Shown here: one piece after another, positions 53,102 through 64,000 of the stretch | How the letters are laid out: each line of letters begins with the position of its first letter | Position numbering within the stretch: the stretch's first letter is position 1 | Origin: Octopus sinensis | Taxonomy: Eukaryota | Direction: 5' to 3' | Assembly (NCBI RefSeq): GCF_006345805.1 | Contig: NC_043003.1 | Location: forward strand, 27,218,001 to 27,282,000 | Length of the DNA: 64,000 bases | Program-made: the position numbers and the translations under genes | Notes under the pieces: generated by a model | Databases searched by the model: none | What the model was told of the DNA's origin: nothing | The model's input: only the letters and a program-made list of their open reading frames with translations

Positions 53102-53755
53102 TCTCTCCCTCTCTTTTTCTCTCACCTTTCACGAAGTGTCGTTGTTGTTATAATTGCTGTTGTTATCTTTGTTCTTATTCTTGTTCTTGTGCTGTGGATT
53201 TTAACGTCAGAATGTGGACTGTATTGTTGTTGGGCTGTGACTAGTTCGAACAATGCTGTGGTGTTTCAAACAAGTTTATTGTTAGTGTTAGAAGGCATGT
53301 ATGCTAAGTATAAGAATGTGCATGTATGCTAAGTTTATATTGTAAGCGTGTGTGTGTGCATGTATGTGTGTGTGTGTGTGTGCGTGTGCAATGTGTGAGA
53401 GGGAGAAAAGAGAGATATATAGAGAGAAAAGAAGAGAAAGATATAGAAGAAAAGAGAGAGTGTTGATGTGAGGATGGAGTCAGTGACTTTAAAGGTAAAT
53501 CTTTATGAATGTGTATACATACATATTTACACACTCACAAAAACACTTACACGCACACAAATACACACATGCACAAACGCATGCATATATATATATAAGT
53601 TTATACAAAGACCACCACCACCGCCACCACCACTACCACCACCACCACCACCACCAGTACCTCTACCATTACCATAAAATAATATTATCACATACTGTAA
53701 ATATTACGTGTTGATGTATACGATTGTATGTGTGTATATACATACATACGCATAT

Positions 53756-53822
<67 letters not shown>

Positions 53823-54524
53823 AATGCATGTGTATGTGTATGCCTATATATGTGTATGCACACACGCACACACACTTGCATGCACACACTCATGTATACA
53901 TTCATGCCCATATGTGTGTGTATGTGTGGTGTGTGTGTGTGTGTGTGCGTGTGTGTGTGTATGTGTGTGTGTGTGTGTGTGTATGTGTGTGTGTGTGTGA
54001 TGATAGTGATGGTGGTGGGATGGGTAAACTTGATAACGAAGAGGATCAAGAAAATATAAGCAGTGGTAGTGGCGGTGGCGGTAACGGTGGTGGTGGTGGT
54101 GATGGTGGTGGCGGCGAATGTAGTAGTAGTAGTAGTAGTAGTAGTAGTACAAGGAGGAGGAACAGGAGGAAGGAGCAAGGGAAGAGGAGCAGGAGGATCA
54201 GGAGCAGGAGGAAGAGGAGCAGGAGGGGCAGGAAGACCAGGAGGAGCAGGAGAAGGAGGGGCAGGAGGAAATGATGGCTGTGTAAGAAAGAAGGTTAAAA
54301 TCTAATAATTATAATATTGTAATTACTGCATTCACAGCTGCTGCCGTTGCAGCAACAGTTGCTGTTACTTTTGCTGTTGCAGTTGCTGCCACTGTTTTCT
54401 GATATAAGTATAACTTGGACTACATTATCCAACGTGTCTTCTTTCTTCGCTTTAAAATGCTTCGAGCACATGCAACTGCTTAATGTTTAGCATCTCTGTT
54501 ATATATCAGTTTCACATTTTGACA

Positions 54525-54678
54525 CAAGGCCAGCAACTAGTACTTATTTTATCGACTCCCAAAATAATGAAAGGCAATGTCAACTTCGGCGGAATTTGAA
54601 CTCAGAACGTAAAGACTGACGAAATGCCAGTAAGCATTTTTTGCCTGGTGTGCTAATGATTCTGCCAGCTCGCCGCCT
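54525..54678 (-). mobile_element. SINE family B copy
   Basis: GGCGGCGAGCTGGCAGAATC...CTGAGTTCAAATTCCGCCGA. Confidence 0.85.
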
Positions 54679-54940
54679 TCATCTCTATCGTATGTTGTGC
54701 ATTACATCTGATTATAGCCGGAAAAAGGTAAAACACTCAATAAAAATTCCTTGATAGAATGAAAGTATATATCAACGCGAGTGTTAGGCCCTCTAAGCAC
54801 CTGCTGCTTGAGGTAGCCATCGCTGTTACGTTTTTGCAAAATTGTATAGGTTCTTAGCAAAGCAGAAAACCCACGTCGGTGCTGATCATTCTTAAGATAT
54901 CAATCAAGGCGGTAACATTGCCTGAAATCTAGTTGCAGTC

Positions 54941-55623
54941 GAGGTGGCAGAAGCGTTAACACGCCGGGCGAAATGCTTAGCGGTATTTCGTCTGCTGCTT
55001 GTGGGTAGCCCCTTGTGGGTAGCCCCTTGTGGGTAGCCCCCTCTGGGTAGCCCCTTGTGGGTAGCCCCTTGTGAGTAGCCCCTTGTGGGTAGTAAAGAAA
55101 TAGGTATTTCGTCTGCCGCTACGTTCTGAGTTCAAATTCCGCCGAGGTCGACTTTGCCTTTCATCATTTCGGGGTCGATTAAATAAGTACCAGTAATGCA
55201 CTGGGGTCGATATAATAGACTTAATCCGTTTGTCTGTCCTTGTTTGTCCTCTATGTGTTTAGCCCCTTGTGGGTAGTAAAGAAATAGGTATTTCGTCTGC
55301 CGCTACGTTCTGAGTTCAAATTCCGCCGAGGTCGACTTTGCCTTTCATCATTTCGGGGTCGATTAAATAAGTACCAGTAATGCACTGGGGTCGATATAAT
55401 CGACTTAATCCGTTTGTCTGTCCTTGTTTGTCCTCTCTGTGTTTAGCCCCTTGTGGGTAGTAAAGAAATAGGTATTTCGTCTGCCGCTACGTTCTGAGTT
55501 CAAATTCCGCCGAGATCGACTTTGCCTTTCATCCTTTCGGGATCGATAAATTAAGTACCAGTTACGCACTGTCTCCTCTGTGTTTAGCCCCTTGTGGGTA
55601 GTAAAGAAATAAGGGATTTCGTC
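54941..55623 (+). mobile_element. SINE family B head-to-tail multimer
   Basis: A head, then about seven copies of the 14-mer AGCCCCTTGTGGGT, then 184-bp units starting at 55103, 55287 and 55471 (the last is deleted). Confidence 0.9.
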
Positions 55624-56204
55624 AATGTGCTACTAACAGATTGGCTTTGGAGAATCTGTGTCAGTTACTTTTGCTCTTTTCCGGTGAAACCTAGTATTTC
55701 TAGGGTTAGGGTTAGGGTTAGTAAGTTTTTGTGTATTTCTAGGTTTTTGTGCAAATTCGTTGGCACATAACCTAATGCACCTATCATGATTGGTACGAAT
55801 GAGAATTCATACTCAGGGTACAAGAGATGTAAGCTCCGCATGTGTGTGGGGGGGGGGCGTGCAAGCGCGTGTGCGTGCGTGTGAAGAATTGTAAAATAAG
55901 CATGTGTTTTATTCTCTTCACTGGATTCACTGGACTGCTGTTATGCTGGATCAATGTTTCTTTAACGGTTTTAAATTGATCATATTCATTCTACTGTTTA
56001 TTCTATTTACTGTGTTGTTAACATAAGCAATCTATCTTTGTCAAACTTCCTACATTACTAAGCAGGAACAACAATAAATTTTTTTTACTTATTTATTATA
56101 CATAAATAGATAATTGATTAATCAGATTCACTACAGTTATTACAGTGAAATTAGTCGCAAAGGAACGTCTGTAACTCGGCGTAGGATGAATATTGGCTTC
56201 AAAT

Positions 56205-56310
56205 TACTTCGACTCCAGAGTTCAACTGGTACTTATCTCATCGACCCTGAAAAGATGAAAGGCAAGCCGACCTTGGCGGAATTTGAACTCAAAACGTAAA
56301 GTTGGACGAA
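56205..56310 (-). mobile_element. SINE family B fragment
   Basis: GAGTTCAAATTCCGCCAAGGTCGG...GGGTCGAT.AGATAAGTACCAGTT. Confidence 0.7.
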
Positions 56311-56486
56311 ATGCGTACTAACAGTTCTACCGATATTTCGCCATTTTTGTAACTTATTAACATCACGTACCTGAATCGAACTGGGTACGAATCGCCGAAT
56401 CTGACGAAGAAATAACGAACAAACAACCAGCATGTGTAATTAATAATGTTTACATCACTAAAGTTACTTATATATTCGTTGTTTTA

Positions 56487-56519
<33 letters not shown>

Positions 56520-56522
56520 ATA

Positions 56523-56559
<37 letters not shown>

Positions 56560-56619
56560 ATATATATATATATATATAATATATATATATATTATATATT
56601 ATATATATATATATATACC

Positions 56620-56820
56620 GATCACATGACTTCTTTATAGCCAAAAACAAGATGATATCGCTTCCACACTCGCTCTATTCACCAGATTTAGCACCAGTAG
56701 ACTTCCATCTCTTACTCAATATAAAAATGCAGCTCAAAAGTCGCCGCAGGGCGAATCGCAAAAGGTCCTTAGCGACACCGACCAAAAGTCATCACAGTTG
56801 CTCAAGGTAAAATCTAAAAT
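56620..56820 (+). mobile_element. Mariner transposase fragment
   Basis: LPHSLYSPDLAPVDFHL. Confidence 0.7.
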
Positions 56821-57053
56821 GAATTCCTCGCTTTTTCAAGAACATCAATTTTTATATTGAATGCATATCACCACTATGAACTATTTTTTATATTGAATGC
56901 ATATCACCACTATGAACTACTACATCATACTCTTTAAACATATAGCATGAACTCACTTCACTATATATGAACTTTTGATGTCTGACTCTATTGTATATTA
57001 TATATGAATTTTTTATATTTGATAGCATGAACTATCTTTTTTATATATAATTT

Positions 57054-57096
57054 TTTTTGATAAGGTTCATCATTTCAAGAACCGAAACATGTTAAA
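57054..57096 (+). ncRNA. Minimal type I hammerhead-like motif (U3-A8 core)
   Basis: TTT-TTGATAA-GGTTC/atcatttcaa/GAACC-GAAA-CATG-TT-AAA: perfect 5-bp stem II and palindromic tetraloop III. Confidence 0.62.
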
Positions 57097-57199
57097 TAAA
57101 TAATGTATATATAAAAATTAAAAATTTGTCTAATATAGCAGCATTTTCGAACTTCATTTTTTACAAATATATACCCACTCGTATACGAGCTAATCTTAT

Positions 57200-57251
<52 letters not shown>

Positions 57252-57269
57252 ATATATATATACAATGCA

Positions 57270-57420
57270 TATAGGAGGTTGAATCAAAAGGTTCCCAGAC
57301 TTGTTATGTCTTATCACTTATTTACCTAAGTTTTAACATCATCTTCTTTGAAAGAGTTACCTTGCGCAGCACTACACCGGTATCAGCGTTCCTGCCACTT
57401 TTGGAATACGGCCTGGAAAT
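57270..57420 (-). mobile_element. Mariner 3' end with TIR
   Basis: FQKWQER.YRC.AAQGNSF C-terminus and a GGAGGTTGAATCAAAAGGTTCCCAGACT TIR-like end. Confidence 0.65.
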
Positions 57421-58689
57421 TATTAAAGATAGTATGTTGTTACAGAATGATACAGGAGAAAAGACAGAAATAATGAATTTATTTTATTTGTTTATTCATT
57501 AGAGGGTTACAGCGATTCTGAAAAATAAAATCTTAGTAGGCGGTTCTCCGTATTTTCAGTCAATCAATCAATCGATTGATGAAACTAAGCCACTGACCAA
57601 CCCGTCGACGACGACGACGTCAAAGTCGACATATGAATGTTCAGATTTTTGCCGAACGGCCTTTCTCAAATGATTTGATTATAGTGATCAAATGTATGTG
57701 CTGTAGATTAGCTCACACCCTCCATTGTGTATTACACATCAGCTATTATCGAAGTGATCTCAGTGTTCAAAAACACAACGCACACCCGGTCTATGTATGT
57801 ATGTATGTATGTATGTATGTATGTATGTGTGTGTATGTGTTATGTCGCACGTTCGGATGACCTCTACTCAACTCCACTCTGCTCTCAACTACTCTACTAC
57901 CCTGCTACTCTGTTTTAGTCTACTATTTCTCAACAGTTCTAGTCTCTGACGACGTCGAGACTTCTCCCTCTATATCTACGTATTGGGCTAGCCGAATTCA
58001 TCGTCTGGGGGGTCCACACAACAGTATGTATGTAAGGTCATTTATGAGGTTCTCACAAGTGCTGCTGGTAACATGGAATCTAGTACAACCTGTAGCATGG
58101 TCGGGTTGTCGGTGACTAAACTGGAACCTCCACCAGGCTACCCTGGTGAGGAGAGTTGCTAAAACAAGACCTGTTGAAAGGTCGGATGAACCTAGTGCAG
58201 GCTCAACGGCTATCTAGCAGTAGCACAGGTACGCAGATATTCCGAGATGGTGTCCATTGTGCTAGAAGACCACAGGGAGTGAGGCACCCCTCAGCTTCTG
58301 TTGAAGCATGTCTCTACGAGAAGGTCACTCTGTTATAAAACCAGATATTTTTTTTTTTTATCTAGTTTCAGCTCACGAGCTATTTCCATGCATGGAATGG
58401 CATTAGACATTTTTGGGATCTTTGGTTTGTGCTAGAGATCATGGCGCTCCCACATCCCTGAGCCTGTGACTCATATTAGCACCATACATCTTGCTCTGGC
58501 TTGTCTCTGGATAATGTCAAGAGAGTGGGGAAGGTCTATGAGGCGCCGTGCAAGCCTTATTGGACCTAAAACTCTGCACAGGCATTGGTGACCTCTGCTC
58601 GATATATGCTGCACCCCCCTATATATATTTATTTTGTTTTTAGTATATATTTAATTTATTTTTAGTATATATTTATTTTATTTTTATTC

Positions 58690-60335
58690 GGCGGTCCTAC
58701 GGTGGTAGGAATGTCGCGAAGTATGCACGCCTGACGGGTTGGAAGCATGTAGTCGGCGACCTGTACGTAGGCGACCCATGCTAGATATAAAGTCGTCTCC
58801 TTGTCGTCCAAGACAGTGATAGGATTCGGTTGCTGCATGGGTGTCTGAGCAGCTCCATTTGGAGAGGGCACTGCTCACCCGGAGACCGGGAAGATTCTAG
58901 AAATAGTGAACCTGTCTTTCTTTATCTAGTCAGTTTAGCGCGACTGACGAATGTCCACCCTGCACTCGAAAAACAAAGAGGCTTTTTTTTTTAATCTGGA
59001 TGGAAATTGAACTTTCATGTTGGAATGTCCGCACTCTGCTGTATAGCGAGAGTGATTGTAAACCTGAAAGACGCACTGCACTTGTTGCTCGTGAGCTGAA
59101 CCGTTATAAAATTGATATAGCTGCACTTTCAGAGACTCGTATAGAAGATGATGGTCAGCTTGCGGATGTAGGAGGTGAATACACCTTATTTGGGGGGGCT
59201 GGAGGCAGAAGGAGGAGCGCAGCGAGGCTGGTGTTGGCTTTGCAGTTCGATCTGATATCCTTAAGAAGTTGTAGGAGCTTCCTGTTCCTATAAATGAACG
59301 TCTAATGACTCTACAATTGCACCTGAAAGGTGGGCGGTTTGCTACTCTAATAAGTGCCTTTGCACCTACTTTGACTAGTTGTGATGAAGATAAAACTATT
59401 TCTCATACACAGCTTAGGAAAATCCTCAATTCTGATAATGCCATTCTACTAGGGGATTTCAATGCCAGAGTTGAAACAGACTAACAAACATGAAACTCTC
59501 CGGGACGTTTTGGTATAGAGAAAATGAATAGCATTGGTCTCATGCTACTGGAGCTTTGCGATGAACATGGACTTTACATCGCGAGCACTCATTTTATGCA
59601 CGAAGGCGGTCACACAACAACGTGGATGCATCCAAGATCTAAAGTTTAGTACTTGCTGAATTATGTTATCATCCGCAAGCGTGACATCTATGACATTTGT
59701 AATATCAAGTCCTTTCATGGATCGGAATGCTGAACAGACCACAGTCTGGTGCGAGCAAAGTTCCGGATGATGATTAGAGTGAAAGATAGAAGTGTAAAAT
59801 CACTACTGCAGCGATCTCTCAGGAAGATGTAGAACACTTAGTGGGAGGATCTTGCTCGTAATGTTCAGGCTGCTGCTGATGCAAATGACAGCAAGAAGCT
59901 TTACCATCATATAAAGCAGATTTATGGACCTAAGTGCTCTGCATCAGCTCCTTTGCTTTTCAAAGAGTCTTCTTACTCTATTTACTAAATCAACAGAAAT
60001 CACAGGTCGCTGGATTGAACACTTCTCTAAACACACTCCTAAACCATGAGTCAGTTGTAGATGAAACAGTTACTGATACTATGCAACAAAAACCAATCAT
60101 TGGCTCTTGAAATTCCACGCCCTCAATAGATGAGGTAATGACACTGATAAGTAAATTGGATCTTGGTAGGGCACCTGGAAACGATGGAATTTGTGCCGGG
60201 GTCTTGCGATATGGTGGTAATTACATCATACAGTTCCTTCATGAACTTATTAGTGTAGTCTGGAGGGATAGCGCAATGCCTAAGGACTGGAAGGATGCAA
60301 TTATTCTTCCTCTCTATAAAGGAAAAGGAGCCAAA
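58690..60335 (+). mobile_element. Decayed RTE-clade LINE, 5' half
   Basis: CWNVRTLL...RRTALVARELNRYKIDIAALSETR, LLGDFNARV, RAPGNDGI...WKDAIILPLYKGKG; truncated at a (CA)/(TA) tract. Confidence 0.88.
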
Positions 60336-60387
<52 letters not shown>

Positions 60388-63300
60388 CGCCTCCATTTCC
60401 ACCCCACTTTCCACTCTGCTACACCACTCCTACCCATACTCCGTACTACATCCTACCGCCTTATGCGTGCCACCATTCACTCCAATCTCTCCAAAATATA
60501 CACCATCGACCGTCTTCTCCCTCTTGCTTTTTCCATCTTCTCCTCTCAGTCGCCCTCCCATGCCAACACCACGTTACGTTACATAATTTATTTAAATCAT
60601 CTCTTTTATCAATTTCTCGCTAACACCAAACAACGTAAGCTCCACTCACTCCTCCATTCCATCACACCCGATGTCACTACCCCAACTCCCCCACTACCCC
60701 AGTTCCTCCCTGATACGCTCCCCCACCTTCACCCAAACCCCACGTCCCTCTAAATCCCCACACACATACCCCATCGCCTCCCTCCCAGCCTTCCACCAGT
60801 CCCACCACCCCTCCTACTTCTACTCTATCCACCGCTCCTACATCTATCCCATCCACCCCTTCTCCACTTCAGTCTGTTGCTACCATTCCTCTCTGAGGCG
60901 GAGAACTCCCTCCTTAGTAGGGGTTCTCTGCTTCATCCCCCTCACTCCATCCAGCAACGAATTTCGGACTCGTGCTGATATCCACAGCTTTGTGCGCCGT
61001 GTTAGGTTGTGTGCGCTTTCCCGCGGCACTCCACCTGCATCTAATGAGGAGGACTGCTTCACCGACCTGGGCCGCCGACCATCCCTGTGGACGCTAGCTC
61101 CTGGCCAGTTCCAAGCAGTTGATCTTTTTCGGGCGCCTGCCAGCTCGCTGTGGACCGGTTTAACTTTTCCAGGTGGCCCCGTCATCTAAACATCTCCCCA
61201 GCCGAACTCTCGGCTCTTCCATGTCTCCGACGCCGCACTGACATCATCATAAAATCGGCCGACAAGAGTGGAGCCGTGGTGGTGTGGTGCGCAGACCTCT
61301 ACAAGGCTGAAGCTCTCCGCCAACTTCAAGACACTTCCTTCTACTGCCTTCTGCCCTCTGACTCCACGCCCAGCTACCAACAGACTGTGTCCTCCACTAT
61401 CCATGACCTCATCTCCTCCTCCCGTCTCCCCCACCACCGCCTCCAACCTCATTGTCCGCGCCCGTCGCACCCCCACCATTTACTTCCTCCCCAAAATCCA
61501 CAAACCTAACAACCCTAGCCGCCCCATCGTCTCCGCCTGCAACTGCCCCACTGAACTCATCTCCCGATATCTTGACCGTGTCCTTGCCCCCCTAGTGGCT
61601 TCCCTCCCGTCTCACATCCATGACACTAACCACGCGTTTCGTTTGTTCACCTCTTTCTCCTTCCCTCCTAGCCCCTCTAAATTCCTCTTCACTCTCGACA
61701 TCCAGAGCCTTTACACGGCGATCCCTCACCACGTGGGGCTGCGTGCACTCCAACATTTCCTTGACCTTCGACCTAACCCCCAGTCCGACACATCCACACT
61801 CGTTCGTCTGGCTGAACGTGTCCTCTCACTCAACTGCTTCTTGTTCGCGGGTGATTTCTACCAGCAAATCTCGGGAGTGGCCATAGGAACGAGAATGGGC
61901 CCCCAACTATGCAAACCTGTTCGTTGGCTACGTTGCGGCTCAAATATTCTCAAGTTTCACTGGTCCTACTCCCGAACTATATGGCCATTATATTGACGAC
62001 TGTATCAGTGCGACTTCACTCTCCTGCGAACATCTAGACTCCTTCTTCTCTTTTGTCAAATCTTTCTATCCTGCCCTCCACTTCTCCTGCACTATCTCTG
62101 ACATCTCTGTCTCCTTTCTTGACATTTCGGTCAGCATTCATCACTCCACTCTCACCACCTCCATCCACTAGAAACACACAGACTCACACTCATACCTCAA
62201 CTTCTCCTCCTCCCACCCCAAACACATCAAGCTTTCCATCCCCTACTCCCAATTCCTCCGTCTACGCAGGCTCTGTAGTGACGACCATAACTTTAAGACT
62301 CAGTCTCAACTCATGGATCGCAACTTCATCCTACGTGGATATCTCCTCACCACTATCCACACCGCCCTTGCCAGAGCACGTTCCGTGGACCGTGCATCTG
62401 CTCTCTCCCCCCGAACCCACCCCGCCATCTCTCGCCTCTCAATTTCCCCTTCACCTACCACCCCACCACCCTACCTCTCCAACATCGTACATCTTCCCTA
62501 ACCTACCCCTTCCTCCTTCAAACGAGCCCTCAACCTACGAGACCTCTTGGTCCACAGCTTCTTCCCTAACCCAACTTCTCAACCCGGTTCGTTCCTCTAC
62601 TCCCGCCCACACTGCCACACTTGCCCTTACCTCTCCAACAACACCTTCCTCACCGGCACCCATCATCGACCCTATCACATCACCGAATATCATCTACTGA
62701 ATCTCCTGCTCTCTCTGCCCTTCTCTATACATCGGGCAAAAGGGACGCCACTTAGCTGACCGGTTTGCGGAACACCTCCGAGACATCCGACTCGGCAATG
62801 ACACCCCGGTCTCGCGCCATTTCTGCTCTACCGATCACTCTTTGCAACACCTGTCCGTGTTCGGATTGTCCTTGCACAGGGCCATCCGGACTCCCGTTTG
62901 CGTCGTGAACAGGGATTAATCTTCTCTCTTCGCTCCTTTGCGTCACATGGGCTCGTCTCTCCTCTCCTCTTCATCTAACCTACTCTCCTCGCCTCTCTCC
63001 CCCTCACACCTACTTCCTCCCACCTCTCCTCTCCTCTCTTGCTCCGACTCCTACTTCTTCTCTTCACTCCTACTCTCTTTCTCTCTTCTCTTCACTCCTA
63101 CCCATCTTCTCCTTCCCCTTCATTGTCACCCCTCCCTCGTAAGCCCACCCCACCCCACCCCTACAATTCCAACCCCACCTTCCCTATTCTTCCCCATCCC
63201 TTACACCCACACCCACATACCTCTACCTCCAACCTCTGCCTACCCACATACCCCACCCTCAGCGTAGCCCAAGCCCCACCCTTGCTTTCCCCACTCTCGC

Positions 63301-63560
63301 CTACCCCACTTCCCAACACCATCACACCACACCACACACGCACACGTCAAGATCACCAGCTCTCTTCCACACGCACATACCAACTCTCTTATACACACGC
63401 ACGCGCACCTTCGTTTTTGGATCACCACTACTTTATTATCTCCCCTTCTCCCTAGCTTTCGTGTCCAGCATTCGTTAAAGACATTTTCACTTCCCGAGCG
63501 TTATACTAATACAGCTGTTTGTTGTCTACACCACCTACCTTCGTCTTTTGTTTTTTGTGA
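60388..63560 (+). mobile_element. Decayed Penelope-like element (second family, C/T-rich coding strand)
   Basis: IIIKSADKSGAVVVW, FLPKIHKPNNPSRPIVS, LDIQSLYTAIPH, GVAIGTRMGP, YIDD, IPYSQFLRLRRLCS, and GIY-YIG LYIGQKGRHLADRFAEH. Confidence 0.92.
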
Positions 63561-63571
63561 AATCGTTCTCT

Positions 63572-63659
<88 letters not shown>

Positions 63660-64000
63660 TGCTATCATACATAAATTTGTACATGTGTCTGTATATAAAT
63701 ATGTAAGTGCATCTTTTGTATTTGTGTATGAGTAAGCAAAGAAATATCAAATTTCCTTCCCTAGTCAAATTTCTTTCCCTCATTGACCGGTTTCCCGGAT
63801 TATGTGACGTATATATCCTCCACACAGTGACACAGAGACACAGACACACTGGCCGAGGCGTTGATCCGTTACAAGATTATGCATTGTTGCCGGTTGAGAG
63901 GGCTGGGGTAACATGAAATGAACTGTTGTGTTTTAAGAACACAACACATCACTCGGTTCAGGAATCGAGGCTAAAATCTGACGATCATGTGTTCAACACT

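Noticed and set aside
55700-55721. (TTAGGG)3 as an interstitial telomere
   Set aside because: Only about 3.5 units, and such short tracts are common in repeat fragments.
58690-58960. HDV-like or hammerhead ribozyme in the RTE 5' UTR
   Set aside because: I could not build the nested pseudoknot or a stem III by eye; a covariance-model search is needed.
63440-63500. Hammerhead at the 3' end of the second Penelope-like element
   Set aside because: Only CGTTAAAGAC remains; the core appears deleted.

Overview
AT-rich, microsatellite-dense animal genomic DNA. Its repeat families resemble those of Octopus (inferred from recall, not searched). The only host gene I can support is a minus-strand, Golgi-type carbohydrate sulfotransferase (Sulfotransfer_2 / CHST8-14-like). 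I assembled it from an ATG plus membrane-anchor exon (52981-52900), a 35-nt microexon (31851-31817) and two tandem, intact, divergent catalytic terminal exons (20704-19544 and 16614-15490). Both catalytic exons start in phase 0 and are splice-compatible with the same upstream exons. The rest is decayed mobile DNA: two Penelope-like elements, a deleted Gypsy, R4/Dong-type, Tx1/L1 and RTE LINE remnants, mariner and Tigger transposons, non-autonomous Helitron/HINE elements, two abundant tRNA-derived SINE families and several fold-back palindromes. There are also about ten minimal hammerhead-ribozyme-like motifs. The best leads are the possible shared-anchor / alternative-catalytic-exon architecture, the hammerhead set (two copies have a U3-A8 core, and one sits in a self-antisense hairpin) and an RLE LINE family whose junctions lie in (CATA)n. 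Coordinates were read by eye; no alignments or searches were run.
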